Below, piece by piece: positions 25,604 through 39,703 of a DNA stretch of 64,000 nt; within the stretch, counting starts at the first letter, position 1; each line of letters begins with the position of its first letter. Position numbers and translations under genes: made by a program. This DNA is from Basidiobolus meristosporus CBS 931.73 (lineage: Eukaryota; Fungi; Basidiobolomycota): the NCBI GenBank assembly GCA_002104905.1, contig MCFE01000469.1, forward strand, positions 5,756-69,755, given 5' to 3'. A model generated the notes under the pieces. The model did no database searches. It saw only the letters and a list, made by a program, of their open reading frames with translations, and was not told the origin of the DNA.

Positions 25604-26530
25604 ATGATGGACAATCAAGAATGGAAGAATGCCATGCAGCAAATCCTGGCCCAACAGCAACAGTTACTCCAGATCCTTAGCCAACAGCAACAAGGAATGA
25701 CTACCATGGCTCAGAGCCAGCAAAGCCCTGTCAAGAGCAACTTGAGTGCAAGGGTCAACTGGTACCATGGCAGCGTCAATGAAAACCTGGGAACTTGGCT
25801 CTTTCAGATTGAAGAAGCTTTTAAAGCTAAAGGAATTGCTCCAGAATACCAGTTGCATTATGCAGCTTCTTACCTGGCAGATGCAGCTTTACAGTGGTAC
25901 CACAACAAGATCAGGTCAGCCACTATGATGGGATGGTCTACAATCTCTACCTGGGATGAGTTTGTGTTGGAAATTCAGGATGCTTTTGAACCTCCACACC
26001 AGTAGACACTACTAAGAAGGAAGTTAAAAACACTCAGACAGAAAGGAATGGTTCATAAATACATCTATGAGTACAGATGTCTACTTGGACAAAATAAAAG
26101 AATGGACCCCCTGGATCAAGTTGAATACTTTATTGATGGGTTGAAAGAAAGAACTTGCAAGGAAGTGAATTATCTAAGACCTCAGACTATTGATGAAGCC
26201 ATCAAGATTGCCAATGACTATGACTCTGCTATGTTTGGAGTTGGGAAGCCTACAGTGACTAATCAGAAAGGCTACAGTCATTATGAAAGAAGACAGTCAG
26301 AAGCAGTACCAATGGAAATAAATGCTATGCAGAAGAATCCTACCTCAGAAGAATGTTAGAAAAAAGGACCTTGTTTCAATTGCCACCAGCAGGGACATAT
26401 TGCAAAGTACTGCCCTCAGAGAAGAAATGGAAGCCAGCCATCAAATACCTTTAACCATATTGAGACCATGGAGCATAGTAACATGGAGGATGAACTTGAA
26501 GAAGACTCAGAACTCACCTTCCACATAAAG
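25604..26530 (+). pseudogene. gag: G2 gag
   Basis: ORFs 25604-26005 and 26048-26359 plus the CCHC knuckle; internal stops. Confidence 0.85.
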
Positions 26531-26547
26531 AAGAATACCTCTCCCAG

Positions 26548-28735
26548 ATGACCTCAAACTCAGGAAAGCTATTTTTCTTGAATGGAGTAATCAATGGAGT
26601 ATCTGCCAAGATCATGATAGAGTCAGGAGCATTGCATGAGTATATGTCAGAGCAATTTGCTTTGAAGGCTGGAATCAACTTGGAACCTACCAAATCAACT
26701 TCAGTCTCAACAGCTGATGGGAACTCTCACATAATCAACCGTATTACTCAGCCAGTAAGAATGAAGATCAACAACTATAAAGAAGACCTACAGGCATATA
26801 TACTTGGGAACTGCAAGTTTGACCTTGTACTTGGAAAAACCTGGCTATTTTGTCATAATCCATCAATCAACTGGAGAACCCATGCTACTCAGATCCAAAA
26901 AGACAACAAGACCTATGAGCTATTACCTGCCAGGCTGGATTTCAACTTGATCAATTCCAGTATGTGTGAGACAAGTGAACTTAGCAAAACCCAGTTCTGT
27001 AGAGCGCTTAGTAAAGGTACGCAAATGTTCCTCATGGCAGTATTACAGACAGATTCCACTACCCCAGCACCCTAGCAGGTCCAGACTCTCTTGTAGAAAT
27101 ATTCAGATGTGTTTCCAGATGAGCTTGTAAGCTTACCACCAGTCAGAGATGTGGATCAGGCCATTGACAAAGAAGATAGCCCTCCAGTGAGCAAGACACC
27201 TTACGGAATGAGTCCATTGGAATTGAAGGAAATGAAGAGACAATTTGATCAGCTATTGGAGCAAGGATACATCAGACCCAGCAAGTCATCTTGGGGAGCA
27301 CCAGTGCTTTTTGTGAAAAAGAAGGATGGAACACTTAGGATGTGCATTGACTACAGAACCCTGAACTCAGTTACAGTCAAGAATAAGTACCCCATACCTT
27401 GGATTGATAAGCTTTTAGACCAACTTAATGGAGCCACTATTTTCAGCAAGATTGAACTCATGTCAGGATACAACCAGATTAGGGTGAAGCCAGAAGACAT
27501 CCTTAAGACAGCATTCAGGACCAGATATGGACATTACAAGTACTTAGTCATGAGTTTTGGCCTCACTAATGCCCCTGCAACATTCATGACACTGATGCAG
27601 ACTGTCTTTCAGGAGTACTTAGACAAGTTTGTGATAATCTACCTGGATGACATATTGATATACAGCAAGACAGAAGAGGATCATGTGGTGCATATTGAAA
27701 AGGTCTTGAAGAAACTAAGAGAGAACAAGCTATATGGCAAGCTAGCCAAGTGTGAATTCTTCAAGGAACACATTGAATATCTGGGACACATAGTGACTAG
27801 CACAGGAGTAACCTAGACCCTAAGAAGGTGGAACTAATCAAAAATCTGAAGCAGCCCCATTGCATATCAGAGCTCAGATCATTCCTTGGAATGGTTTCCT
27901 ATTATTGGAGATTTGTCAAGTCTTTTGCAAGTATTGTAGCCCCTTTAACTGATATCCTCAAGAAAGACAATACCTACAAGTGGGACATAGCTTGTGAGAC
28001 TGCCTTCTAGGCACTCAAGAATGAGCTTTCCAAGCTGCCAAGCTTAAGAATACCAGACTTCAGAAAAGAGTTCACTCTGTGCACAGATGCTTCAGATTAT
28101 GCAATTCGTGGAGTGTTTAGCCAAGAACGCAAGGGATAGGACTACCCTGTTGCCTTTGAATCCATGAAACTGAACTCAGCAGAGCAAAACTATCCAGTCT
28201 GCTCTGCTCTTTTCCTTGGAGTGTTTAAGACCATATGAATAATGGGGAATTGACTTTGTTGAAAAACTGCCAGCTGCCAGGAAACTGCACAATTAGATCC
28301 TGGTAGCAATGACCATTCCACTGATTGGCCAGTTGCTAGGGCTGTACCTTTAGTCAGTGAGCAAGAAATTACAAGCTTCATCAACCAGCAGATCCTTATG
28401 AGGTTTGGATGCCCAGAGGAAATGTGTATGATAGCAAAGCAAACCTTACAGCAATGACATTGGAAGCTTACCTTGAAATGCAGCATATTCAAGACTTGAA
28501 AGCCTTGGCATATCTCCCTTGATATAATGGAGTTATTGCAAGGTTTAATGGATTGTTTTGAAAAATGCTGACCAAGTGTGCAAATGGAGCTGTTAGCAGA
28601 TTGGCTGAGTATTTAGACCAAGCACTTTTTGTCTGAAGGGTTTGAGTGCACACTACTATCCAACAACTGCATTTTACTCAGTGAATGGGTGTGAACCAAG
28701 GATTCCAGGAGATCTCACTCACCAACACTCCATAT
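26548..28735 (+). pseudogene. pol: G2 pol (PR, RT, partial RH, INT core)
   Basis: ORFs 26548-27075, 27109-27816 ([26 protein letters not shown]) and 27828-28010. Confidence 0.9.
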
Positions 28736-28739
28736 AATA

Positions 28740-29015
28740 TTTCCTTTTGCCACCTCCCCTTGCCCCTTCCATATTAACATTGTAGAATCACCTCTCTTTA
28801 TTTGCTACCCATTACAACCTTGGGTATTCTACATATAGTTAGAATTAGCAAAAAATATGGCATACTGCTGACTAACCTTGGCATACAGGCACACCTGTGG
28901 CAAATGACACACTTCTATCACCCCAACTTCTCTACATTTTGGTGAGGTTGCCACCACTTTTGTCATAAAAACCGCATGAATATCTTCAGATAACTTTTTG
29001 GTATTTAGACACTAT
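28740..29015 (-). pseudogene. Element X copy 2, left piece (transposase C-terminal region)
   Basis: Aligns to 40110-40450 and continues at 32997 after the G2 insertion. Confidence 0.6.
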
Positions 29016-32000
29016 TGTTATGATCTGCCACTTGAGTGTCTAAGTTGGATCATTTTTTAGTCAAGTTAATTAGTTATATGTTTAAGCTATCAGTATATCA
29101 GTATTATTTATCAAATCAGTAGCATTAGTCAGCCAATGATTCAGCAGATCCTTATCAGACAGAAATAGATATATTAGGAAGGATCTTAATAGGTGATGAT
29201 GATGCAATTAGATGAGTCATCAGCCACAGCCTACATTAGAAAATACAATTAGTCAGCAATTGATTGGGCAAAAAATATATAAGGAGCTGCTGGAATCTCA
29301 ATTAAGATCAGTTCAAGCTTAGTGAATACAATGCTAGCTAAACTCCCTATTCCTCTGCAATTATTATACTAAGACTTGTAGCATTGGTAGCAGCAATAGC
29401 CAGAAACATCCCTCCTGAAGAAAGAAGAATCCTCCCTCAAGATGTCCAAAAATCAAGAATGGAAGAATGCTATGCAACAAATCCTGGCCCAGCAGCAACA
29501 GTTACTCCAGATCCTTAGCCAGCAGCAACAAGGAATGACTACCACGGCCCAAAGCCAGCAAAACCCTGTCAAAAGCAACTTTAGTGTGAAAGTCAACCAG
29601 TGCCATGGTAGAGTCAATGAAAACCTGGGAACTTGGCTCTTCCAGATTGAAGAAGCTCTCAAGGCTAAAGGAATTGCTCCAAAAAGCAAGTTACATAATG
29701 CAGCCTCTTACCTGGCAGACACAGCATTACAGTGGTACCACAATAAGATCAGGTCAGCCACCATGATGGGATGCTCTACATCTCTACCTGGGATAAGTTT
29801 GTGTTGCAAATTCATGATGCCTTTGAGCCCCCACACCAACAGTCACTACTAAGAAAAAAGTTGAAGACGCTCAGACAGAAAGGAATGGTCCAAGAATACA
29901 TCTATGAGTATAGATGTCACTTGGGCAAATTGAAAGAATGGACCTACTTGATCAAGTTGAATCCTTTATTGATGGGTTGAAAGAATGAACTTGTAAGTGA
30001 ATTATTGAAGACCTCAAACTATTGGAGAAGCCATCAATATTGCCATTGACTATGACTCAGCTATGTTTGTAGTTGGGAAGCCCAAAATGACTGATCAGAG
30101 AGGCTGCAATCACTATGAAATAAGACAATCAGAAGCAGTGCCAATGGAAATAGACACCATGCAGAAGAATCCTACCTCAGAAGAATGTTAGAAAAAAGGA
30201 CCTTGTTTCAATTGCCACCAGCAGGGACATATTGCAAAGTACTGCCCTCAGAGAAGAAATGGAAGCCAGCCATCAAATACCTTTAACCATATTGAGACCA
30301 TGGAGCATAGTAACATGGAGGATGAACTTGAAGAAGACTCAGAACTCACCTTCCATATGACAGAAGAATACCTATCCCAGATGACCTCAAACTCAGGAAA
30401 GCTATTATACTTGAATGGAGTAATCAATGGAGTACCTGCCAAGATCATTATTGACCTAGGAGCATTGCATGAGTACATGTCAGAGCAATTTGCTTTGAAA
30501 GCTGGAATCAACCTGAAACCTACCAAATCAACTTCATTCTCAACAGCTGATGGGAACTCTCACCTAAACAACTGTATTACTCAGCCAGTAAGAATGAAGA
30601 TCAATGACCATGAATAAGATCTGCAGGCCTGTATATTTGTGAACTGCAAGTTTGACCTGGTACTTAGGAAAACCTGACCATTTTGTTGTAATCCATCAAT
30701 CAACTGGAGAACCCACACAACTCAGATCCGGCAGGACAACAAGACCCATGAGCTATTACCTGCCAGACTGCATTTTAACTTGGTCAATACTAGTGTGTGC
30801 AAAACAAGTGAACTTAGCACAACACAGATCTGTAGAGCACTAAGAAAAGGCACCCAGATGTTCCTCATGGCAGTATTACAGGAGGATTCCTCTACTCCAG
30901 TACCCCAGAAGGTCCAGACTCTTTTGAAGGAATATTCAGACATATTTCTAGACAGGTTTTTAAGCCTACCACCAGTCAGAGACATGGATCATGCCATTGA
31001 AACAGGAGACAGCCCTCCAGTGAGCAAGACACCTTAAAGAATGAGTCCATTGGAGTTGGAAGAGATGAAGAGGTAAATAGATCAGTCACTGGAGCAAGGA
31101 TATATCAGACCCAGCAAGTCACATTGGGGAGCATCAGTAATTTTGTGAAGAAGGATGGAACACTTAGGATGTGCATTGACTAGAGAGCCCTAAACTCAGT
31201 TACCATGAAGAATAAGTAACCCATACCTTGCATCGATGAGCTTTTGGATCAACTCAATGGAGCCACTATTTGCAGCATGATTTGGTTGCTGACACCTTAT
31301 CAAGATTAGATCAAGTTGCACAACTGAACTTGTTGCATGTATCCAATTGGCCTAGCCTATTACCAAAGTACTTGGAGGACCAAGCCATTCCTAATGAGGT
31401 GGATGAAGATATCAAGAAGAGAATTCAGGATGAAGCCAGCAAATTTGTAGTACAGGATGAAACACTCTACCAAATTGTTGATGAAAGTCCTGTTGCCTAT
31501 TGCCCTTATGTTTTTTGCCTGGATTTAATATATAAGCTACACAACGGATATGGACATCTTGGAATTGAAGGAACCTATAGCCTTGTGACAGCCAGAGCAT
31601 GGTGGCCCAGAATGCAACATGACATTGAGAAGCTAGTTAAAACATGCCTAAATTGCCACATCAGCATAGGCCAACCACAGAGAACTGCTGAACTCTTTCC
31701 TTTGGAGCCTGTAAGACCATTTGAAAGATGGGGAATTGACTTTATCAGAAGACTGCCAACCACTAGGAAATGCCACCGTTGGATCCTAGTAGCAATTGAC
31801 CATACCACCAAATGGCCAGTGGCTAAGGCAGTACCTATAGTCAGTGAACAAGAAGTTGCAAGTTTCATCTACCATGAGATCCTTACAAAGTTTAGATGCC
31901 TTATAGAGATTATATCCAATAGAGGTGGGAGTTTTATGGCAAAAACATAGGAAGCTTACCTGGAAAAGCAGCAGATCAAGCACTTGAAAACCTTGGCATA

Positions 32001-32992
32001 TCACCCAAGAACTAATGGAGTCACTGAATGGTTTAATGGATTATTTGGAAACATGCTGACCAAATATGCAAACAGAGCTGTCAGTAGATGGGATGATTAT
32101 ATAGACCAAGCACTCTTTGCATGCAGAGTCAGAGTAGACAACACCACCCAGCAATTGCCATTTTACTTAGTGTATGGATGTGAACTAAGGATTCCAGGAG
32201 ATCTCACACAACCAAAGCTTACAGACATCTTCAAAGATGAACTCAGTCAGCCAAGTAGACACCAGCAACTGGAACAAAGACGTCAAGAGGCACAGACCAA
32301 AGTATCTCAAAGTGCAGAAACAATGAAGCAGAGATTTGATCAGACTATAGCACAAGAAGCATTGACTGTTGGGAACTTTGCATTGCTAAGAAACAACACT
32401 TGGAAGAAGTTTGCGCCACAATGGACAGGACCATTCAAGATCATCAGAGAATGTCCATTTGCAACTTACCAACTAGTGGACAAACAAGGCAATATCTGGG
32501 AAGACTTAGTGCATAGGGACAGACTCAAGCTTACAAGACTTGCTGATAATACTGAACCATCAAGATATTGGTATCACAAGAAAAGAGACTCAGGAGAGCC
32601 CTCTCAACTTTATCAGGAGAGAATGCTATGATCTGCCACCTGAATGTTTAAGTTAGACCAGTTTTTAGCCAAATTAATTAGTTATATGTTTAGGCTATCA
32701 GTATATCAGTATTATCTATCAAATCGGTAGCTGTAGTCAGCAAATGAATCAGCAGATCCTTATCAGACAGAAATACATATATTAGATAGGATCTTAATGG
32801 GTGATGATGATGCAATCAGATGAGTCATCAGCCACAGCCTACATTAGGAAATACAATTAGTCAGCAATTGATCTGGTAAAATGTATATAAGGAGCTGCTG
32901 GAATCTCAATAAAGATCAGTTCAAGTTTTAGTGAATACAATATTAGCTAAACTCCCTATTCCTCTACAACTCTTATACCAATACCTGTAACA
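29016..32992 (+). mobile_element. Ty3/Gypsy G2 copy 2, both LTRs present, most of RT/RNase H deleted
   Basis: LTRs 29016-29383 and 32624-32992; 4-bp TSD CTAT at 29012-29015 and 32993-32996; PBS; INT with H-H-C-C, WGIDF and WTGPF; no chromodomain; deletion near 31272. Confidence 0.93.
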
Positions 32993-32996
32993 CTAT

Positions 32997-34082
32997 ATTA
33001 CTTTGCTGGGCTAGATTTTAGTCCCCTTTTTGGGTACACTGTTGTTCTTATTTGTATGAATTTGATATTCAATGGTGTAGAAATTAGCTTGGATTCAAAA
33101 GAAACATGGCATACTTTGGTAGAGTTGTCCTAGTAAGAATCAGTGGCACCAAGCATCCGCCCCATCCTTGCAGTACTTAACTGATTGCTCATAAGCTGGA
33201 GCTGCATAGCTTCTTGATGCTAAAGGCATAGGTGCTATATATGCATATCTGTCTAAGCTATTTTTCAACTTGTCTTTGCTGTCCTCCATGTGCCATTGTA
33301 TTGGATGTATGACAGACTTGAAGGTAATATTCTTGATGAAATAGGGGTATTGTTGTACTTTTAACTTGGCTTGTCTTGCTATTTTTTCACATATCTTCTT
33401 CATAGGAAGCTCCCACAAGGAGTAGTAAGATCCAATATTTTACATGCACCAAATAAGATGTAGTAGAGAATGGATGCAGCAGTGGCAGAGCTCTACACAC
33501 CAGGCTGTATGATTAAAGTACAGCCACTCATATCCCAACACAAGCTCACACAGTGGCAATATCTGGAACTCATAGCTCAATCTGGCACCATCCACAGGAG
33601 CAAGACTATTCATTTAGTCTTTAGTATCTTGGGTTTGGATTAATACCATATTCTGGCTGATGGCATGTTGCTTGCTAGTGTTGCTGTAACTGCACACTGA
33701 CTTCTGTACATTCCCATATTGGTGTTTGTGTTGTGGAGTAAGTGCCTAGGTTCTCTCACAGTCAAGGGTAATACCATCCATTGTGCCCAAAAAAGTTGGC
33801 TATCTTGCTAACAGCTAGAGTATCATCTATGCAGAAAATATTAGGTGCGCTGGCATTTTGGTCATTTATATATTTCCCTGTGGACAGCATACAAAACTCA
33901 TGTAGCAATGGAAACAGGTGGCTACTCAGGTTGGATGGTGATATAGGCCCAGATATCTTTGACACTACTATTGGATGTCTGCTCTGAACTTTAATGCTGG
34001 AGGCTAGTCCAGGTTGAATAGAATCAGTGAACAGCAGGATTTGCTGGCAAAGTACTTTTTTGGCAAGAATCCATCCAGTCAA
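32997..34082 (-). pseudogene. Element X copy 2, right piece: Transposase_21-type remnant
   Basis: ISGPISPSNLSSHLFPLLHEFCML matches VSGPKSPSNLDSYLYPLLDEFCML at ~51830; WELPMKKIC resembles the W-x-[FY]PMER motif. Confidence 0.75.
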
Positions 34083-37000
34083 TAAGAACCTAGGGACTTG
34101 GCTCTTTCAAATGGAAGAAGCTTTCAAGGTGAAAAGAATTGCCTAAGAGAGTATATTGTATTATTTAGCTTTTTACTTGGCAGATGCAGCTTTTCAGCAG
34201 TAACTTAGCAAGATTGGATGTAGCTCTATGATGATATATACTACTATCCGGATCTTAAATGGGTTTGTGTTTGAAATTCAGGATACCTTTAAGCCTTCAC
34301 ATTAGCAGACACTCCTAAGAAGAGAGCGGAAGACACTGATACAGACAGGAATTGCTCAGGAATACCTCTATAAGTATAGATGTCTACTTGGACAGATTCA
34401 AGGAATGAACCCCCTTGCTCAAGATGAATACCTAATTGATGGGCTGACTGAAAGGACTTGCAAGGAAGTAAATAGTTACAGACCTCAGACTATTGAAGAA
34501 GCCATTAATATTGCCATTAACTGTGACTCAGCCATGTTTGTAGTTGGAAAGCCTAGAGTGGCTAATCAGAAAAGCTATAATCACTTTAAAAATGACAATC
34601 AGAAATAGTTTAAATATAACTTGCCACTATGCTGAAGAATCCTATCTCAGAAGAATGTAACAATCCCAACTCAGAAGAATGCAAGAAGAAAGAACTTTGT
34701 TTCAATTGCCACTAGCAGGGGCACATCTCATGGTACTGCCCTTAGAGAAATGATGGACACCAGTCAACAAGAACATTCAGACATACTGAGGCCCAAGAAC
34801 ATAGTGAAGTGGATGATGAACTTGAAGAAGACTCAGAACTCACTTTCTGTATGAGAGAAAATACCTATCACAAGTGGACTCAAACTTGGGGAAACTATTA
34901 TACTTGAATGGTGTGATCAATGGAGTACCTGTCAAGATTATGATTGAATCAGGAGCATCACACAATTACATGCCAGAAAAACAACCTTGAAAGGAGGAAT
35001 CAACTTGGAACCTACCAAATGAGTTTAAGTCTCAACAGCTGATGGGAACTTGCACATAAACAACTGTATTACTCAGCCAGTGAGAATGAAGATCAATGAC
35101 TACAAAGAAGACCTGCTGGCCTACATATTTGGAAACTGCAAATTTACCTGGTACTTTGAAAGCCATGGCTATTCAGCCATAATCCATCAATCAATTGGAG
35201 AACTCATGCAACTCAGATCCATAAGGCAACCCAATCTATCAGCTACTATGCGCCTGACTGAAACTCAACTTTGTCAGTGTCTGTATGTTGGACACAAGTA
35301 AACTTAGCAAAACATATTTCTTTAGAGCATTTAGGAAAGGAACACAGATGTATCTCATGGCAGATTTACAGGATAATTCCTCTGTCTCAATTCCACAGAA
35401 AGTTTGGACTCTTTTGAAGGAATATGCAGATGTGTTTCCAAAAGAGCTTGTAAGTCTACTACCAGTCAGAGATGTGGATCATGCCATTGACACAGGAGAT
35501 AGCTCCCCCCCTGTGAGCACAACATCCTGCAGGATGAGTCCAATGGAGTTGGAAGAGATGAAGATACAGATTGATCAACTATAGGTGCAAGACTACATTA
35601 GGCCCAGTAAGTCACCTTGGAGAGTACCAGTACTTTTTAAGAAAAAGAAGGATGGAGCACTGAGGATGTGCATTGACTACAGAGTCCTCAACTCATTCAC
35701 TGTTAAGAATAAGTACCCCATACCTTGTGTTGATGAGCTTTTGGACTAACTCAATGCAGCCACCATATTCAGCAAGATTGACCTCATGTCAAGATACAAC
35801 CAGATCAGGTTGAAGCTAGAAGACATCCCTAAGGCAGCATTCAGGACCCAATATAAGCATTACAACTACATAGTCATGAACTTTGGCCTCACTAATGCCC
35901 CTGTAACATTCATAACCTTCAAGCAAACTATCTTCCAGGAATACTTTGACATGTTTGTGGTAATATACCTAAATGGCATATTGGTACAAAGTAAGACAGA
36001 AGAGGGCCACTTAGTGAACATTGAGAAGGTCTTGAATAAGCTAAGAGGGAACAAGCTTTAGAACCAGCTAGCAGGGTGCAAGCTCTTCAAGGAACACAGT
36101 GAATAAGCCAAACATATGATGGCAAGGAACACCTGGTGGCTTTTGAGTTTAAGAAACAAAACTCAGCAGAACAAAACTATCCAGTACATGAGAGAAAGAT
36201 GCTTGCCATAATACACTGCCTAAAGACGTGCATATACTACATTGAAGGATTCAAGTGCACTGTGAAGACTGATCATGCCTCACTCAAGTATATATTTACT
36301 CAGAAGGTACTCTCCAGAAGAATGACAAGATGAAGTCAATACATTCAGCAATTTGACTTGGAGATTGTCAACTGCCCTGGGCAAAACAACACAGTTGCTG
36401 ATGCTGTATCAAGACTAGAACAAGTTGCACTATTCAACTTTGTGCATGAGTCAGATAGGTCCAGCCATTACCAAAGTATTTGGAGGACCAAATCATTCCT
36501 AAGGAGGTGGATGCATTTATCAAGAAGAGAATCCTGGAAAAAGCCAGTAAATCTGTAGTACAGGATGAAGCACTCTACCAAGTTGTTTATGGAAGCTCTA
36601 TAGCCCATTGCCCATTTGTCAATTGTCTGAATTCAATGCATAAGCTAAACAATAAATATTGACATCCTGGAACTGAAGGAACCTATAGCCTTTCAAAAGC
36701 CAGTGCATGCTGGCTTGGAATGAAACAAGATAATGAAAAGCTATTGAAAACATGCCCAGGTTGCCAAACCCACTAAGGCCAACCTCAGAGAATTGCCAAG
36801 CTCTTTTGCTTGGAGCCTGTAAGATCATTTGATAGATGGGAACTGCTTTATTAAAAGACTGCCAGCCACCAGGAAATGCTACTTTGGATTGTAGTAGCAA
36901 TTGCCCATGCAACTAAATGGCCAGTAGTTATAGCTGTACCTGTAACCTGTTAGCAGGATGTTGCAAGTTTCATCTGCAACAAGATTCTATTAAAGTCTGG

Positions 37001-37235
37001 ATGCCCTGTGGAAATTGTAACTGATAGAGGAGCAAACATTACAGCCAAAACATTGAAAGCTTACCTGGAAATGCAGCAGATCAAACATCTGAAAGCTTTG
37101 GCATGGCATGCTAGTACTTATGAAGTAACTGAGCAGTTTAATGGAGTAATTGGAAAAATGCTGATTAGTTATGCTAATGGGGCTATAGGTAGATGTGATG
37201 CATATTCTGGCTAACCACTGTTTGCCACAGAGTCT
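34083..37235 (+). mobile_element. G2 Gypsy copy 3, internal region only, strongly decayed
   Basis: gag through INT collinear with copies 1 and 2; deletion near 36115; no LTRs. Confidence 0.85.
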
Positions 37236-37249
37236 GGGTGCATTTTGCT

Positions 37250-38030
37250 ACCTACATCTTCTGAAATATTTGCCTACTTCTGATCATTGAAATCTAGAGC
37301 GTTGTTGATTGTCAATGCCTTCTAATGCTAAGATCTTGGTATGAAGGTTTCAGACTATTCCTCCTGTGTTGTGATAAGACTTTTGTAGGCTTTATTTTTG
37401 GGCACTCTTGCTGGGATTCAAAGACTTCTTAGTGCTCCTGTACTGTTACATCTCTTCCTGGGATACTGATTGCTCCATAAATGCTATCTCCACATCCTGT
37501 CCCTGGACACATCCCTGATTTCTCTTTCTCATTGTATGCCTTGGTACAAGTTAATAGTGTACTTGCTAAACTGGTGGTGTTGATTTTATGGCAAGCATTT
37601 GCTAGTCTTCCACCAGAGGCACTGCATTTGCTGTATTCTCATCAGCCTTAGGATTGTGACTAGCTTACAGCACTGCAGAGCTCCTTAGTTGCCTACTTGA
37701 CTGAGAGCCTGAGGAGCTTGCATCAATCCCTACAGTAGACACACAGTCAAGATTGCCTTTCTTTGATGTAGCACTGCTTGCTGTACTGAACTTCTAAGCA
37801 GGCAGTTGTCTAACCTTCCTTCTGATGCTGTTGGCAGTGGGGTTTGGTTGGGAATCAGACATCTTGCTTGAACCTCTGGAGGCATATCTCTTGAAGCCAG
37901 TCAAATCAAAGGACAAATAGTGCTACCTATTCAAATGTATGTGATGCCAGAACTTTCTTTTTGATGCTTACTATAGTGTATCAACATTGAATCTTACATA
38001 CATGTAGGTGCAATGTCTTAAATGCTGTGA
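37250..38030. mobile_element. Diverged central fragment of element X (copy 3)
   Basis: 37690-38030 aligns to 49950-50290 in the same orientation. Confidence 0.6.
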
Positions 38031-39703
38031 AACTTGTGATTCCATCAGTATATTCACCTAATTTAGCAACTTTGATCACTACCCACAAATCTTAGAGAAT
38101 ACCAATCAAATTATATGTTGGAATCTACCTAGAATATTCTCTCTTATATATCAGATTCCCACAACAAAAACATTCTGACAGTTGTCCAAACAGTCACAAA
38201 CTTTGAACACATGCTATTGAGACTTTCCCAAGCATATTCTATGGTTTGCTATACCAAGACCATGTAACATTATAAAACTGCTTTACATCCAATAGATCTT
38301 CAAGTGAAACCACATGATCTACTTATTCTCCAATTCACTTCCCACATCGGTTGGTTGATGAGAAGGAATCTGTAAGTGTGGTGTACTGACTTTGGGGCAT
38401 CCCAACACCTTACACTTCTGTAAGAACCTTTTATCTAGTATCAAGATATTCCAATTAAGGTTTTCATGGGTGACAATTGGGCATTTGATGCAGTTGGAGT
38501 AGGATCTATTTAAGCCAACCTTGCAAGCAGTGAAGGAAGCCACACACTCACCCTCAAAGAAGTACTTTATCTATCAGCAATAGCCAAGAGCCTACTATCT
38601 CTAATTATGGCCACTGCAGAAGGACTCAGTTTCAAGCTTTGCTACTCTGGAAGCAGGATTACTGATCCAAATGATGCCTATATTGCTTTGGGTATCAGTG
38701 ATCAGAATTTACACAAGTAGACTAGTATTCTTTAGTATTTAGAAGCCAGCATAAGTAAAATAAATGTAGATACAAATAGGCTCTAGCACAGGTGATTTGG
38801 ATACATTACTTTTGTAGTTTACGCAAACTGATCAGAGATCAGCTAATTTCAGAGCAAAAAATGATCCCCTCCAAGTCTGAAGCACTATGAGTCCTGCTTT
38901 AATTGGAAACAAGTCAGACAGCCAATCACAAGCTCTGGGTCAATCAAACTAAGAAAAAATAAGCTTTGATTCACCTCAATCTGTGTGGATCTATGCAAGA
39001 AGTATCCTCAGGGAGGATCAAGTACTCAATCACTTTATTGATGCTTATACAAGATACATGTGGGTCAACTTTGTGGAAAGCAAGGAAAAGGCTCTGACTA
39101 GGCTCCATGCAATCTTAGCCAATATGGAGTGAGGAACAGGTAAAAAAACTAACAAAATATGCTTTGACAATGGTGCAGAATGTACCTCACAACTGTTCAT
39201 TCACTTCTGCTAAATCTGGGGGATAAAGCAAAATACATCTATACCATACTTCCAGCAGCAAAATGTGGTTGAAGAATATGCAAACAATAATTTATATTGC
39301 ACAATCTAAGTTCCATGATCATAAATTTTACTATGATTCTTTGATGGAATCCATTGCCATAAATCTGCACCTTAACAATAAGAGTTACAAAAGAGCACTG
39401 GGCAATCCTACTCCATTGATGGTGTGATATAGATATAGATCAAGTCTGAAGCATTGAAGAATACTTGGGTGCACTGCAAGTCCCAATAAACTGTCCCAAA
39501 GTTGATCAAAGTTTGAGCCAAAAAGTGTAAGTGCATATTTTTGAGCTACTGCAGTAGGAGTATGTCATTCTGACTCTACAAACCAAAGCAAAAAGCTGAC
39601 AAACTCCAGGAATAAGTTAATGCATGAAAGCTCAAAATATTCACAACATTTCCATCAGGTGATGACAAAAACCTGATCTCAAATCCACCTATAGTTAGGA
39701 TGG
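38030..39703 (+). mobile_element. Old C1-type Copia, left part (diverged LTR, PR, INT)
   Basis: 38030-38345 is collinear with the C1 LTR; decayed PR/INT follows; continues at 42343. Confidence 0.7.

Larger units (their letters stand above)
25178..28735 (+). mobile_element. Ty3/Gypsy G2 copy 1 (5' LTR, gag, PR, RT, partial RH/INT; 3'-truncated), inserted in a G2 integrase remnant
   Basis: LTR 25178-25545; PBS TGGTAGCAGC at 25547; gag LGTWLFQIEE and CFNCHQQGHIAKYC; [13 protein letters not shown]; RH AEQNYP joined to INT core near 28200. Confidence 0.9.

Noticed and set aside
25604-25740. Poly-Gln tract as a host regulatory or prion-like gene
   Set aside because: It is the N-terminus of G2 gag, directly after the LTR/PBS and repeated at 29442.
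32400-32623. Chromodomain at the G2 integrase C-terminus
   Set aside because: After the GPF motif and VHRDRLK only ~30 residues precede the PPT/LTR; no chromodomain pattern.
25178-32992. A single three-LTR Gypsy bounded by CTAT at 25174 and 32993
   Set aside because: The middle LTR has its own CTAT flank and PBS, and element X sequence is continuous from 28740-29015 into 32997 onward, so these are two separate insertions.
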